The translations under genes were made by a program, and so were the position numbers. A stretch of DNA of 32,000 bases, taken from NCBI RefSeq assembly GCF_052907605.1, contig NZ_CM128582.1, one strand, 5' to 3'. The notes under the pieces are model-generated. The model was not told where the DNA came from. It saw nothing but the letters and a program-made list of their open reading frames with translations, and did not search any database. Every line of letters starts with the position of its first letter. The stretch's first letter is position 1. Below, in pieces: positions 9,751 to 32,000 of this stretch.

Positions 9751-9757
9751 TATAATC

Positions 9758-9845
9758 TGGCGGTGAGGGGGGGATTCGAACCCCCGATACGTTGCCGTAT
9801 ACACACTTTCCAGGCGTGCTCCTTCAGCCACTCGGACACCTCACC
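9758..9845 (-). tRNA. serX: tRNA-Ser (anticodon GGA)
   Basis: The reverse complement is GGTGAGGTGTCCGAGTGGCTGAAGGAGCACGCCTGGAAAGTGTGTATACGGCAACGTATCGGGGGTTCGAATCCCCCCCTCACCGCCA. It shows a cloverleaf with a long variable arm, anticodon loop CTGGAAA and encoded CCA. The ghrA neighbour points to serX rather than serW. Confidence 0.95.
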
Positions 9846-9879
9846 AAATTGTCGTTCCTGTCTTGCTGGAACGGGCGCT

Positions 9880-9908
9880 AATTTAGGGAAATCATGACCT
9901 GAGGTCAA
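9880..9908 (-). promoter_or_regulatory. serX sigma70 promoter
   Basis: On the minus strand: TTGACC, a 17-nt spacer, TAAATT, then a GC-rich discriminator (AGCGCCC) about 30 nt upstream of the mature tRNA 5' end. Confidence 0.6.
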
Positions 9909-10039
9909 CAAACTTTTTGAAAAAATCGCGCGTTTATTCAAACTTCAATCAATATGTGGTTTTAATAAGCGAAATCTGCTTTTTTTGCCACCGACCACGG
10001 ATTTGTTATGCTGGTGGTCTTTGTAGATCATAACGATAA

Positions 10040-11017
<978 letters not shown>

Positions 11018-11071
11018 TAAAGCATCAGGATTCCTGCTATCCTTGGCGGGAATAGAATACAGGAGAGAGTT

Positions 11072-11809
11072 ATGTATCCCGTCGACCTTCATATGCATAC
11101 CGTTGCCAGCACACATGCATATAGCACATTGAGTGATTACATTGCCCAGGCCAAACAAAAGGGCATTAAACTTTTTGCGATCACCGATCATGGCCCGGAT
11201 ATGGAAGATGCGCCGCATCACTGGCACTTCATTAACATGCGTATCTGGCCGCGAGTGGTTGATGGGGTAGGGATCCTGCGCGGCATCGAAGCTAACATTA
11301 AAAATGTTGATGGTGAAATTGACTGCAGCGGTAAAATGTTTGACTCGCTGGATCTAATTATTGCCGGTTTTCATGAGCCGGTTTTTGCGCCACATGACAA
11401 AGCGACCAATACACAAGCGATGATCGCCACTATCGCCAGCGGCAATGTGCATATAATAAGCCATCCCGGAAATCCCAAATATGAAATAGATGTGAAAGCC
11501 GTTGCTGAAGCAGCCGCGAAACATCAGGTGGCGCTGGAAATCAATAATTCCTCATTTTTACACTCACGTAAGGGCAGTGAAGACAACTGTCGTGAGGTAG
11601 CCGCAGCGGTACGTGATGCTGGAGGTTGGGTGGCATTAGGCTCGGATTCTCACACCGCGTTTACCATGGGGGAATTTGAAGAGTGTCTTAAAATCCTCGA
11701 CGCGGTAGATTTTCCGCCAGAGCGCATTTTGAATGTTTCTCCGCGCCGCTTACTGAACTTCCTTGAATCTCGCGGTATGGCACCGATTGCGGAATTTGCA
11801 GACCTTTAA
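11072..11809 (+). CDS. ycdX: PHP-domain zinc phosphatase YcdX
   Basis: 245 aa, beginning [18 protein letters not shown] (PHP His motif), in the K-12 position. Confidence 0.9.
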   Translation: MYPVDLHMHTVASTHAYSTLSDYIAQAKQKGIKLFAITDHGPDMEDAPHHWHFINMRIWPRVVDGVGILRGIEANIKNVDGEIDCSGKMFDSLDLIIAGFHEPVFAPHDKATNTQAMIATIASGNVHIISHPGNPKYEIDVKAVAEAAAKHQVALEINNSSFLHSRKGSEDNCREVAAAVRDAGGWVALGSDSHTAFTMGEFEECLKILDAVDFPPERILNVSPRRLLNFLESRGMAPIAEFADL

Positions 11810-11832
11810 TTACTAGTAATGGAAATATATTA

Positions 11833-12387
11833 ATGAACGAGTTTTCTATCCTCTGTCGTGTGCTGGGTTCGCTCTATTACCGCCAACCACAAGATCCTTT
11901 ACTGGTGCCGCTGTTTACCCTGATTCGTGAGGGGAAACTGGCTGCGAACTGGCCACTGGAGCAGGATGAGTTGCTGACACGTTTGCAGAAAAGCTGTGAT
12001 ATGACGCAAGTCTCTGCCGATTACAATGCGTTGTTTATCGGCGATGAATGTGCTGTGCCGCCATATCGTAGCGCATGGGTTGAGGGCGCGACGGAAGCGG
12101 AAGTGCGCGCTTTTCTTTCTGAGCGAGGGATGCCATTAGCGGATACGCCAGCCGATCACATCGGCACATTGCTGCTCGCAGCTTCCTGGCTGGAAGATCA
12201 GTCAACGGAAGATGAGAGCGAAGCACTGGAAACACTGTTCAGTGAGTATCTGTTACCCTGGTGTGGTGCGTTCCTTGGCAAAGTGGAGGCCCATGCAACC
12301 ACGCCTTTCTGGCGCACCATGGCACCGCTAACCCGCGATGCCATTAGTGCAATGTGGGACGAGCTGGAAGAAGATTCTGAAGAATAA
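11833..12387 (+). CDS. ycdY: TorD-family chaperone YcdY
   Basis: 184 aa, conserved synteny after ycdX. Confidence 0.85.
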   Translation: MNEFSILCRVLGSLYYRQPQDPLLVPLFTLIREGKLAANWPLEQDELLTRLQKSCDMTQVSADYNALFIGDECAVPPYRSAWVEGATEAEVRAFLSERGMPLADTPADHIGTLLLAASWLEDQSTEDESEALETLFSEYLLPWCGAFLGKVEAHATTPFWRTMAPLTRDAISAMWDELEEDSEE

Positions 12388-12488
12388 GTGTGATCTACGT
12401 CACACATAACTGCAACGGATAATTTGTTGTTGCATAAAATGTGTGCTCGATCTCATTCATGGCCGCGTTTTCTGCTATCATGCGCGGC

Positions 12489-12980
12489 ATGAACATACTT
12501 CTCTCTATTGCAATCACAACAGGCATTCTCTCCGGTATCTGGGGATGGGTGGCTGTTTCCCTGGGCTTACTAAGCTGGGCGGGCTTCCTGGGCTGTACGG
12601 CCTACTTTGCCTGCCCGCAAGGTGGGCTGAAAGGGCTGGCGATCTCCGCTGCAACCCTGCTTAGTGGCGTGGTGTGGGCAATGGTCATTATTTACGGTAG
12701 TGCACTGGCACCACATCTGGAAATTCTCGGTTATGTCATAACCGGTATTGTCGCGTTTCTGATGTGTATTCAGGCCAAACAGCTGCTGCTTTCATTTGTT
12801 CCGGGGACGTTTATAGGCGCATGCGCGACGTTTGCCGGGCAGGGTGACTGGAAACTGGTGTTACCTTCGCTGGCGCTTGGGCTGGTATTTGGTTACGCAA
12901 TGAAAAACAGCGGCCTGTGGCTGGCGGCGCGTAGTGCAAAGACGGCTCACCGTGAGCAGGAAATCAAAAATAAAGCGTGA
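12489..12980 (+). CDS. ycdZ: Inner-membrane protein YcdZ (DUF1097)
   Basis: The start is set at MNILLSIAITTG, giving 163 aa. The protein is polytopic and hydrophobic. Confidence 0.8.
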   Translation: MNILLSIAITTGILSGIWGWVAVSLGLLSWAGFLGCTAYFACPQGGLKGLAISAATLLSGVVWAMVIIYGSALAPHLEILGYVITGIVAFLMCIQAKQLLLSFVPGTFIGACATFAGQGDWKLVLPSLALGLVFGYAMKNSGLWLAARSAKTAHREQEIKNKA

Positions 12981-13009
12981 GGGGCACTCACGCTTTCGCT
13001 TAAACAGTA

Positions 13010-13039
13010 AATGCCGGATTATTAATTCCGGCATTTTTA
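13010..13039. terminator. Bidirectional terminator between ycdZ and csgG
   Basis: Hairpin GCCGGATTATTAATTCCGGC (13013-13032) is flanked by A- and T-runs. Confidence 0.65.
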
Positions 13040-13043
13040 TCTG

Positions 13044-13877
13044 TCAGGATTCCGGTGGAACCGACATATGGCGGTATTTCACCAGAATGTCATTCTGCCG
13101 TTCTGCTTTATTTTGCAAATCCCACAGACCACGGTCGATACCATCATTAATCAGGAAAATGACCCCTGTTTCGATAGCCGACATCAGACACAGCATAACG
13201 GGTTCGTTTGAGGTGTAACCCACTTCCCCTTCCAGCAAGCGCTGGTAGTCAATAAAGCGGAAAACCCCGGCCTGAACTTCATAGGAAAGTATCGTCTTAC
13301 TGGTGTTCACCGAGGAGAGGATCTCACCGGTACTCACATTGACGACGCGCAGGTTCACGGCAATCTGATCGAGCTGGTATTGCGTGTCGGCACCGATGCC
13401 AAAATATCTTGCCCCAACCCCGCCAGATTTGACGTTGCTTTCATAACCGATAATCGAACCTTCAACCATGATATTTGCCGCCGTTAAAGATTGCAGCGGG
13501 ATTCGGTTATTAATGGCAACCGTGCCGTTTTCTTGTGCCGCACGAATAATCTTGCGCTCGTTAAGCAGGTTTTGTAAGCCCTGGCGCTCCAGCGGTATAA
13601 ACCAGCGAGAATCTTTCAGTGCCGTGACCAGCATTGCCGTGGCGCTTTGCGGAACAGCAGTGGAGAAGTTACTTGCCGGGTAGGGTTTAAATTGCCCGGT
13701 TTCGTCCTGAATGTTGTATACCGAAACAAAGATTTTACCCGTCGGCGCTGGCAGATGGGTCAAATCTTTGTAGCTCTGAGCACGAGGCATTAATGTCGGT
13801 CTGGCGGCTTCTTTAGGCGGGGCGGTTAAGCATCCGCTCAGTAACATGACGGCAACCAAAAGAAATAAGCGCTGCAT
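13044..13877 (-). CDS. csgG: Curli secretion channel lipoprotein CsgG
   Basis: 277 aa with lipobox LLSGC. The sequence matches CsgG. Confidence 0.95.
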   Translation of the reverse strand: MQRLFLLVAVMLLSGCLTAPPKEAARPTLMPRAQSYKDLTHLPAPTGKIFVSVYNIQDETGQFKPYPASNFSTAVPQSATAMLVTALKDSRWFIPLERQGLQNLLNERKIIRAAQENGTVAINNRIPLQSLTAANIMVEGSIIGYESNVKSGGVGARYFGIGADTQYQLDQIAVNLRVVNVSTGEILSSVNTSKTILSYEVQAGVFRFIDYQRLLEGEVGYTSNEPVMLCLMSAIETGVIFLINDGIDRGLWDLQNKAERQNDILVKYRHMSVPPES

Positions 13878-13903
13878 GATTATTTTCCTTATGAAGCTGG
13901 GGC

Positions 13904-14046
13904 TTAAAAATCGGTTGAGTTATTTTGTAAACCCGAAACCTGGATGGTCGAGGTTTGTCCGGTTTTACGATCTGTCACGTTCAACTGCAATTGACCATCG
14001 CGGTTGGCAATATCGACAATATAATCGTTGGTCACCATGCGGCCCG
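13904..14046 (-). pseudogene. csgF: csgF 3' remnant (last ~46 codons) truncated by IS1
   Basis: The minus strand reads [46 protein letters not shown], the CsgF C-terminus. The 5' part is missing and the remnant abuts the IS1 end at 14047. Confidence 0.85.
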
Positions 14047-14061
14047 GGTAGTGACTCCAAC

Positions 14062-14565
14062 TTACTGATAGTGTTTTATGTTCAGATAATGCCCGATGAC
14101 CTTGTCATGCAGCTCCACCGATTTTGAGAACGACAGCGACTTCCGTCCCAGCCTTGCCAGATGTTGTCTCAGATTCAGATTATGTCGCTCAATGCGCTGA
14201 GTGTAACGCTTGCTGATAACGTGCAGCTTTCCCTTCAGGCGTGATTCATACAGCGGCCAGCCATCCGTCATCCATACCACGACCTCAAAGGCCGACAGCA
14301 GGCTCAGAAGACGCTCCAGTGTGGCCAGAGTGCGTTCACCGAAAACGTGCGCCACAACTGTCCTCCGTATCCTGTCATACGCGTAAAACAGCCAGCGCTG
14401 ACGTGATTTAGCACCGACGTAGCCCCACTGTTCGTCCATTTCCGCGCAGACGATGACGTCACTGCCCGGCTGTATGCGCGAGGTTACCGACTGCGGCCTG
14501 AGTTTTTTAAATGGCGGAAAATCGTGTTGAGGCCAACGCCCATAATGCGGGCGGTTGCCCGGCAT
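14062..14565 (-). CDS. insB: IS1 InsB' frame (expressed as InsAB' transposase by -1 frameshift)
   Basis: The 167-aa frame overlaps the insA 3' end. This is the canonical IS1 arrangement. Confidence 0.9.
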
Positions 14566-14759
14566 CCAACGCCATTCATGGCCATATCAATGATTTTCTG
14601 GTGCGTACCGGGTTGAGAAGCGGTGTAAGTGAACTGCAGTTGCCATGTTTTACGGCAGTGAGAGCAGAGATAGCGCTGATGTCCGGCAGTGCTTTTGCCG
14701 TTACGCACCACCCCGTCAGTAGCTGAACAGGAGGGACAGCTGATAGAAACAGAAGCCAC
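14484..14759 (-). CDS. insA: IS1 InsA
   Basis: 91 aa, [40 protein letters not shown]... The A6C slippery site TTTAAAAAAC lies at 14502-14511. Confidence 0.95.
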   Translation of the reverse strand: MASVSISCPSCSATDGVVRNGKSTAGHQRYLCSHCRKTWQLQFTYTASQPGTHQKIIDMAMNGVGCRATARIMGVGLNTIFRHLKNSGRSR

Positions 14760-15077
14760 TGGAGCACCTCAAAAACACCATCATACACTAAATCAGTAAG
14801 TTGGCAGCATCACCCCTTTCGTCATGTAAAACGTTCTTGTTTTTTCTCCACACCTCCGTGGACAATTTTTTACTGCAAAAAGACGAGGTTTGTCACGGCT
14901 TGTGCGCAAGACATATCGCAGCAATCAGCGACGGGCAAGAAGAATGACTGTCTGGTGCTTTTTGATAGCGGAAAACGGAGATTTAAAAGAAAACAAAATA
15001 TTTTTTTGCGTAGATAACAGCGTATTTACGTGGGTTTTAATACTTTGGTATGAACTAAAAAAGAAAAATACAACGCG

Positions 15078-15088
15078 CGGGTGAGTTA
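15078..15088 (+). promoter_or_regulatory. CsgD box upstream of csgB
   Basis: CGGGTGAGTTA fits the published CsgD consensus CGGGKGAKNKA (recalled) and lies about 125 nt upstream of the csgB ATG. Confidence 0.5.
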
Positions 15089-15212
15089 TTAAAAATATTT
15101 CCGCAGACATACTTTCCATCGTAACGCAGCGTTAACAAAATACAGGTTGCGTTAACAACCAAGTTGAAATGATTTAATTTCTTAAATGTACGACCAGGTC
15201 CAGGGTGACAAC

Positions 15213-15668
15213 ATGAAAAACAAATTGTTATTTATGATGTTAACAATACTGGATGCGCCTGGGATTGCAGCCGCAGCAGGTTATGATTTAGCTAATTCAG
15301 AATATAACTTCGCGGTAAATGAATTGAGTAAGTCTTCATTTAATCAGGCAGCCATAATTGGTCAAGCTGGGACTAATAATAGTGCTCAGTTACGGCAGGG
15401 AGGCTCAAAACTTTTGGCGGTTGTTGCGCAAGAAGGTAGTAGCAACCGGGCAAAGATTGACCAGACAGGAGATTATAACCTTGCATATATTGATCAGGCG
15501 GGCAGTGCCAACGATGCCAGTATTTCGCAAGGTGCTTATGGTAATACTGCGATGATTATCCAGAAAGGTTCTGGTAATAAAGCAAATATTACACAGTATG
15601 GTACTCAAAAAACGGCAATTGTAGTGCAGAGACAGTCGCAAATGGCTATTCGCGTGACACAACGTTAA
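15213..15668 (+). CDS. csgB: Minor curlin / nucleator CsgB
   Basis: The start is set at MKNKLLFMM, giving 151 aa, with curlin repeats. Codon 14 is Asp (GAT 15252-15254), where I recall Gly in K-12. Confidence 0.9.
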   Translation: MKNKLLFMMLTILDAPGIAAAAGYDLANSEYNFAVNELSKSSFNQAAIIGQAGTNNSAQLRQGGSKLLAVVAQEGSSNRAKIDQTGDYNLAYIDQAGSANDASISQGAYGNTAMIIQKGSGNKANITQYGTQKTAIVVQRQSQMAIRVTQR

Positions 15669-15708
15669 TTTCCATTCGACTTTTAAATCAATCCGATGGG
15701 GGTTTTAC

Positions 15709-16164
15709 ATGAAACTTTTAAAAGTAGCAGCAATTGCAGCAATCGTATTCTCCGGTAGCGCTCTGGCAGGTGTTGTTCCTCAGTACGGCGGCGGCGGTAA
15801 CCACGGTGGTGGCGGTAATAATAGCGGCCCAAATTCTGAGCTGAACATTTACCAGTACGGTGGCGGTAACTCTGCACTTGCTCTGCAAACTGATGCCCGT
15901 AACTCTGACTTGACTATTACCCAGCATGGCGGCGGTAATGGTGCAGATGTTGGTCAGGGCTCAGATGACAGCTCAATCGATCTGACCCAACGTGGCTTCG
16001 GTAACAGCGCTACTCTTGATCAGTGGAACGGCAAAAATTCTGAAATGACGGTTAAACAGTTCGGTGGTGGCAACGGTGCTGCAGTTGACCAGACTGCATC
16101 TAACTCCTCCGTCAACGTGACTCAGGTTGGCTTTGGTAACAACGCGACCGCTCATCAGTACTAA
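15709..16164 (+). CDS. csgA: Major curlin CsgA
   Basis: 151 aa with five Q/N-rich SX5QXGXGNXA repeats. Matches CsgA. Confidence 0.95.
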   Translation: MKLLKVAAIAAIVFSGSALAGVVPQYGGGGNHGGGGNNSGPNSELNIYQYGGGNSALALQTDARNSDLTITQHGGGNGADVGQGSDDSSIDLTQRGFGNSATLDQWNGKNSEMTVKQFGGGNGAAVDQTASNSSVNVTQVGFGNNATAHQY

Positions 16165-16184
16165 TACATCATTTGTATTACAGA

Positions 16185-16210
16185 AACAGGGCGCAAGCCC
16201 TGTTTTTTTT
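16185..16210 (+). terminator. csgA terminator / attenuator
   Basis: CAGGGC-GCAA-GCCCTG followed by T8. Confidence 0.75.
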
Positions 16211-16222
16211 CGGGAGAAGAAT

Positions 16223-17124
<902 letters not shown>

Positions 17125-17142
17125 AGAGTAATCAAACATAAT

Positions 17143-17181
17143 AAAATAAAAGCCAGTTATAAGGTAACTGGCTTTTATTTT
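17143..17181. terminator. 17-bp perfect hairpin downstream of the secretin gene (bidirectional terminator; possible packaging-signal analogue)
   Basis: AAAATAAAAGCCAGTTA (17143-17159), loop TAAGG, TAACTGGCTTTTATTTT (17165-17181). In Ff phages the hairpin after gene IV serves as both terminator and packaging signal. Confidence 0.7.
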
Positions 17182-17201
17182 GTTGGCTATATCTGTGAGA
17201 A

Positions 17202-18530
<1,329 letters not shown>

Positions 18531-18580
18531 TCACCTCACATAACAATAACGCTTACCGATAAGCCTGTCAGCCAGTGAGC

Positions 18581-19215
<635 letters not shown>

Positions 19216-19244
19216 CCTTGCGTCGCTCGTCTCGGTAACTGCCC

Positions 19245-19412
<168 letters not shown>

Positions 19413-19450
19413 AACTCATCACGTGCAGACAACATCATCAATAGCCCCTG

Positions 19451-23573
<4,123 letters not shown>

Positions 23574-23574
23574 C

Positions 23575-23600
23575 TAAAAAGGCGTCCCGAAAGACGCCAT
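23575..23600 (-). terminator. Terminator after the major coat gene
   Basis: The minus strand reads GGCGTC-TTTCGG-GACGCC followed by TTTTT, between the pVIII stop and the pIII start, as in Ff phages. Confidence 0.75.
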
Positions 23601-23609
23601 AACATAATA

Positions 23610-28243
<4,634 letters not shown>

Positions 28244-28337
28244 GTTTCTGAACAACTCACGTTGCTGAGCAGAAAAATGCGATTTAACCAAAAAGCCTGC
28301 TGTACACTTAAGAAACAAGAAGGTGTAAGGAGGCGTT

Positions 28338-28871
28338 ATGAAAACGCGTATTCATGTTGTGCAGGGTGATATTACCAAACTGGCCGTTGATGTGATTGTG
28401 AATGCGGCTAATCCGTCATTAATGGGAGGCGGCGGCGTCGATGGGGCCATTCATCGCGCAGCGGGTCCGGCCCTGCTGGATGCTTGTTTAAAAGTCAGGC
28501 AACAGCAGGGCGATTGCCCTACGGGGCATGCCGTTATTACGCTTGCAGGCGATCTTCCCGCTAAAGCCGTAGTGCACACCGTCGGGCCAGTCTGGCGTGG
28601 TGGTGAACAAAACGAAGACCAGCTTTTGCAGGATGCCTATCTCAATAGCCTACGACTGGTGGCGGCAAACAGCTATACGTCAGTGGCTTTTCCTGCAATC
28701 AGTACTGGGGTTTATGGTTACCCTCGTGCGGCAGCGGCTGAAATCGCAGTAAAAACCGTTTCAGAATTTATTACCCGTCACGCTTTACCCGAACAGGTAT
28801 ACTTTGTCTGTTATGATGAAGAAAACGCCCACCTCTACGAAAGACTCCTTACCCAACAAGGAGATGAATGA
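28338..28871 (+). CDS. ymdB: Macrodomain O-acetyl-ADP-ribose deacetylase / RNase III regulator YmdB
   Basis: 177 aa with macro-domain motifs ([28 protein letters not shown]). Confidence 0.9.
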
Positions 28872-30294
28872 TTTGCCCCGGCTGGCGAGCGCGGTGCTGC
28901 CACTGTGTTCGCAACATCCCGGTCAGTGTGGCCTTTTTCCTCTGGAGAAAAGTCTGGATGCGTTTGCCGCCCGGTATCGTCTGGCCGAAATGGCAGAGCA
29001 TACGCTCGATGTTCAGTATTACATCTGGCAGGACGATATGTCGGGTCGGTTACTGTTTTCCGCCCTGTTAGCCGCAGCAAAGCGTGGCGTTCGCGTCCGT
29101 TTGTTGCTGGACGACAACAATACGCCCGGACTTGACGACATTTTACGCTTGCTTGACAGTCATCCACGCATTGAAGTCCGGCTTTTTAATCCTTTCTCGT
29201 TTCGCTTGCTGCGTCCGCTTGGTTATATCACCGACTTTTCCCGTCTTAATCGCCGTATGCACAATAAAAGTTTCACTGTCGATGGCGTGGTGACCCTGGT
29301 GGGAGGACGAAATATTGGTGATGCCTATTTTGGAGCAGGGGAGGAGCCACTTTTTTCGGATTTAGATGTCATGGCAATAGGACCCGTGGTAGAGGACGTT
29401 GCCGATGATTTCGCCCGCTACTGGTATTGCAAATCGGTTTCACCCTTACAGCAGGTGCTGGATGTCCCGGAGGGTGAAATGGCGGATCGCATCGAGTTAC
29501 CCGCCTCCTGGCATAACGATGCCATGACGCATCGTTATTTACGCAAAATGGAATCCAGTCCATTTATAAATCATCTGGTTGATGGAACATTGCCGCTTAT
29601 CTGGGCGAAGACACGTTTATTAAGTGATGATCCGGCGAAAGGGGAGGGCAAGGCAAAACGGCATTCACTGTTACCGCAGCGCCTGTTCGATATCATGGGC
29701 TCACCCAGTGAACGCATCGATATTATCTCTTCCTATTTTGTACCGACACGCGCAGGTGTGGCGCAACTCTTACGGATGGTGAGAAAAGGGGTAAAGATTG
29801 CGATCCTAACCAATTCTCTTGCCGCTAACGATGTTGCTGTCGTCCATGCCGGATACGCGCGCTGGCGCAAAAAATTGCTCCGCTATGGCGTGGAATTATA
29901 TGAACTCAAGCCGACGCGTGAACAAAGTAGTACGTTACACGATCGCGGCATAACCGGTAATTCCGGAGCCAGCCTGCATGCTAAAACCTTTAGCATCGAT
30001 GGTAAAACGGTGTTTATCGGCTCTTTCAATTTCGATCCGCGTTCAACATTGCTCAATACTGAAATGGGCTTCGTGATAGAGAGCGAAACGCTGGCACAGT
30101 TAATTGATAAACGCTTTATTCAGAGCCAGTATGATGCGGCCTGGCAGCTCCGTCTGGACAGGTGGGGACGGATCAACTGGGTTGATCGTCATGCAAAGAA
30201 AGAGATTATTCTCAAAAAAGAACCCGCCACCAGTTTCTGGAAGCGGGTTATGGTCAGACTGGCGTCGATATTGCCCGTGGAATGGTTATTGTAA
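28864..30294 (+). CDS. clsC: Cardiolipin synthase C (PLD family)
   Basis: Has two HKD motifs ([22 protein letters not shown]). ATG 28864 overlaps the ymdB stop. The K-12 annotation starts three codons later (TTG 28873, MPRLASAV). The ORF-track start at 28804 is an extension. Confidence 0.9.
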   Translation: MNDLPRLASAVLPLCSQHPGQCGLFPLEKSLDAFAARYRLAEMAEHTLDVQYYIWQDDMSGRLLFSALLAAAKRGVRVRLLLDDNNTPGLDDILRLLDSHPRIEVRLFNPFSFRLLRPLGYITDFSRLNRRMHNKSFTVDGVVTLVGGRNIGDAYFGAGEEPLFSDLDVMAIGPVVEDVADDFARYWYCKSVSPLQQVLDVPEGEMADRIELPASWHNDAMTHRYLRKMESSPFINHLVDGTLPLIWAKTRLLSDDPAKGEGKAKRHSLLPQRLFDIMGSPSERIDIISSYFVPTRAGVAQLLRMVRKGVKIAILTNSLAANDVAVVHAGYARWRKKLLRYGVELYELKPTREQSSTLHDRGITGNSGASLHAKTFSIDGKTVFIGSFNFDPRSTLLNTEMGFVIESETLAQLIDKRFIQSQYDAAWQLRLDRWGRINWVDRHAKKEIILKKEPATSFWKRVMVRLASILPVEWLL

Positions 30295-30301
30295 ATGTGG
30301 C

Positions 30302-31459
30302 TTAACGGGCTGGTGCTTTATCGTTCTCACGCTTAACAACCGGTTTACCAGAGAACAAAAACTTCAGTAACGGGATGCGCAAATGAATTTCATACAGAAT
30401 TATCGCAATCCCTACTACAAATATCAGGCCACAGAGAAAACCAAGCCAGTTGGAGGTGATGTGCGGTGTAATGTATGCGCCGAAAAACAGCGTTAACGGG
30501 TGGTGAACCAGATAGATAAACAGCGATGCGTTAACAAAATAAGTCACCCGCGCTGACTGGAAGTTAAGCAAACGGTGGCCAAAGGAGAAGACCACATTCA
30601 CCATCCACAGACCGAGGACCATGGTGATCACCGACTCGGTTTCGTACATCCAGGCATCGCCACTGCCATAGCGCTGGTTGAGTAAATAAGCGACAAACGC
30701 CAATGCTGCTGCAAGGGTACAGCCACGAGACGGCGTGGTAAACAAGGCTTTAAGATGAGGGAAAATGAAAGCCAGTGCGCCGAGGATAAAGAACGGCAAA
30801 TAAAACAGCGTTTGCATGACAATAAAATTGAACATGCCATTACTCAGAATGGGCGGATACACAATAAAAATCGTTCTTCTTATTACCGCATAACCGATGC
30901 CGAGGCATAAAAAAATCACCGATAGTTTTACCATCGAGAATTTTTTATTCGTTTTATCAGAATTTTCTAAATTATTTCTGATGCGCTTAAATATCCATAC
31001 GCACAGCGTCGTCATGACCACTAATACCAGTAAAAACCACAGGTGTGATATTAATTCCCAGGCCAACGTATTATATTTGTCATACAATGACAGCCCAGGC
31101 CAACTTTCCGCTTTTCCTTTGACATATTGCAGCATAATAAATTGCGGTAATGTCAGTAGGGGGATGGCTGTTAACATCGGGATACCTACACGTTCGACAC
31201 GTACTTTCCACCATTTTTTCAAGGGATAGCGTAAAAAAAGCATGTAGGAAAAGTAGCCGGATATAACGAAAAATACCTGCATGCGGAACGAGTGGATGAA
31301 GTCATTAAAAAGGGTCAGCCACAATGATGATTCGGCGCTATTCACATGCCATGTATGGCTCGAATAGATTAAAGAAATATGAAAAGGTATCCCTAACAAC
31401 ATCAGCCAGGCGCGGATGGAGTCGAGGAAATATTCACGTTGCGCGGGTACTGGGTTCAT
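30302..31459 (-). CDS. opgC: OPG succinyltransferase OpgC (MdoC)
   Basis: A 385-aa polytopic acyltransferase_3 protein, in K-12 synteny. Confidence 0.9.
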   Translation of the reverse strand: MNPVPAQREYFLDSIRAWLMLLGIPFHISLIYSSHTWHVNSAESSLWLTLFNDFIHSFRMQVFFVISGYFSYMLFLRYPLKKWWKVRVERVGIPMLTAIPLLTLPQFIMLQYVKGKAESWPGLSLYDKYNTLAWELISHLWFLLVLVVMTTLCVWIFKRIRNNLENSDKTNKKFSMVKLSVIFLCLGIGYAVIRRTIFIVYPPILSNGMFNFIVMQTLFYLPFFILGALAFIFPHLKALFTTPSRGCTLAAALAFVAYLLNQRYGSGDAWMYETESVITMVLGLWMVNVVFSFGHRLLNFQSARVTYFVNASLFIYLVHHPLTLFFGAYITPHITSNWLGFLCGLIFVVGIAIILYEIHLRIPLLKFLFSGKPVVKRENDKAPAR

Positions 31460-31741
31460 ATATGGTTAACTAATCTCGGATTTTTCGTCTTATCCCTGTC
31501 GGGTTATGCCTTTAGGCTTGTTGCCATAGTGACACCGACCTGACCGCGCCAGGCGCAGGCTTCAAGGTTTTTATGCATAGCATCATCGCTACCACTAACC
31601 AGAATGGAAGCGTCTGTAAGACGGTTGATAAATAAATTTGCTGGCAAACCCTACACGAAGTCGATGCTTCTGTCTTTAGGAGAAGCACGGAAAGTGAAAA
31701 CGGTTGCAATCAGGTGCTTAATCCATGAGCCAGCGTGCTGA

Positions 31742-32000
<259 letters not shown>

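Larger units (their letters stand above)
14047..14814 (-). mobile_element. IS1 (768 bp)
   Basis: Terminal repeats are GGTAGTGACTCCAACTTACTGATAGTG... at 14047 and ...AATCAGTAAGTTGGCAGCATCACC ending at 14814. It contains insA/insB'. The flanking 9-mers differ (TGCGGCCCG vs CCTTTCGTC), so there is no target-site duplication. Confidence 0.95.

Noticed and set aside
28804-28863. A longer 496-aa ClsC start inside ymdB
   Set aside because: The extension ([20 protein letters not shown]) is simply the ymdB 3' end read in another frame. Conserved ClsC begins around [19 protein letters not shown].

Overview
Identifications rest on motif reading and recalled family or K-12 sequences; no database search was run. 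The window is an Escherichia coli/Shigella-type chromosome segment with K-12 gene order serX-ghrA-ycdXYZ-csg-ymdAB-clsC-opgC-opgG, carrying three accessory or decay events. (1) 1-9.7 kb is the distal end of a CP4-type genomic island abutting tRNA-Ser(GGA) serX. It carries a translationally coupled operon (CrfC-like dynamin GTPase, YjcZ-like protein, patatin-like phospholipase). This is followed by the usual DUF932 / anti-restriction / RadC-like / YeeT / CbeA-CbtA toxin-antitoxin / YeeW / DUF957 / DUF4942 module. (2) The core shows decay. ghrA has an in-frame TGA. An IS1 copy without target-site duplication replaces csgD, csgE, most of csgF and the csgD-proximal half of the curli intergenic region, leaving csgG and an orphan csgBAC. 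(3) About 10.5-11.3 kb is inserted between csgC and ymdA, which are adjacent in K-12. The insert is an apparently complete Ff-like filamentous (inovirus) prophage, all on the minus strand, with order Rep - pV-like - two small hydrophobic ORFs - pVIII - pIII - pVI - pI/Zot - pIV secretin. It departs from Ff in four ways. Its Rep is of the phiX174/P2 gpA type (YxxxY) rather than the pII type. A TraX-like acyltransferase gene sits between gene I and gene IV. A GC-rich 340-bp tandem duplication in the same gap resembles the ColE1/pMB1 primosome assembly site. An IS110-family DEDD recombinase with a structured ~190-nt leader (possible bridge/guide RNA) is the only recombinase present. The best candidates for an undescribed system are the dynamin-YjcZ-patatin operon and the IS110-associated mosaic inovirus. 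No CRISPR array or rRNA was seen.
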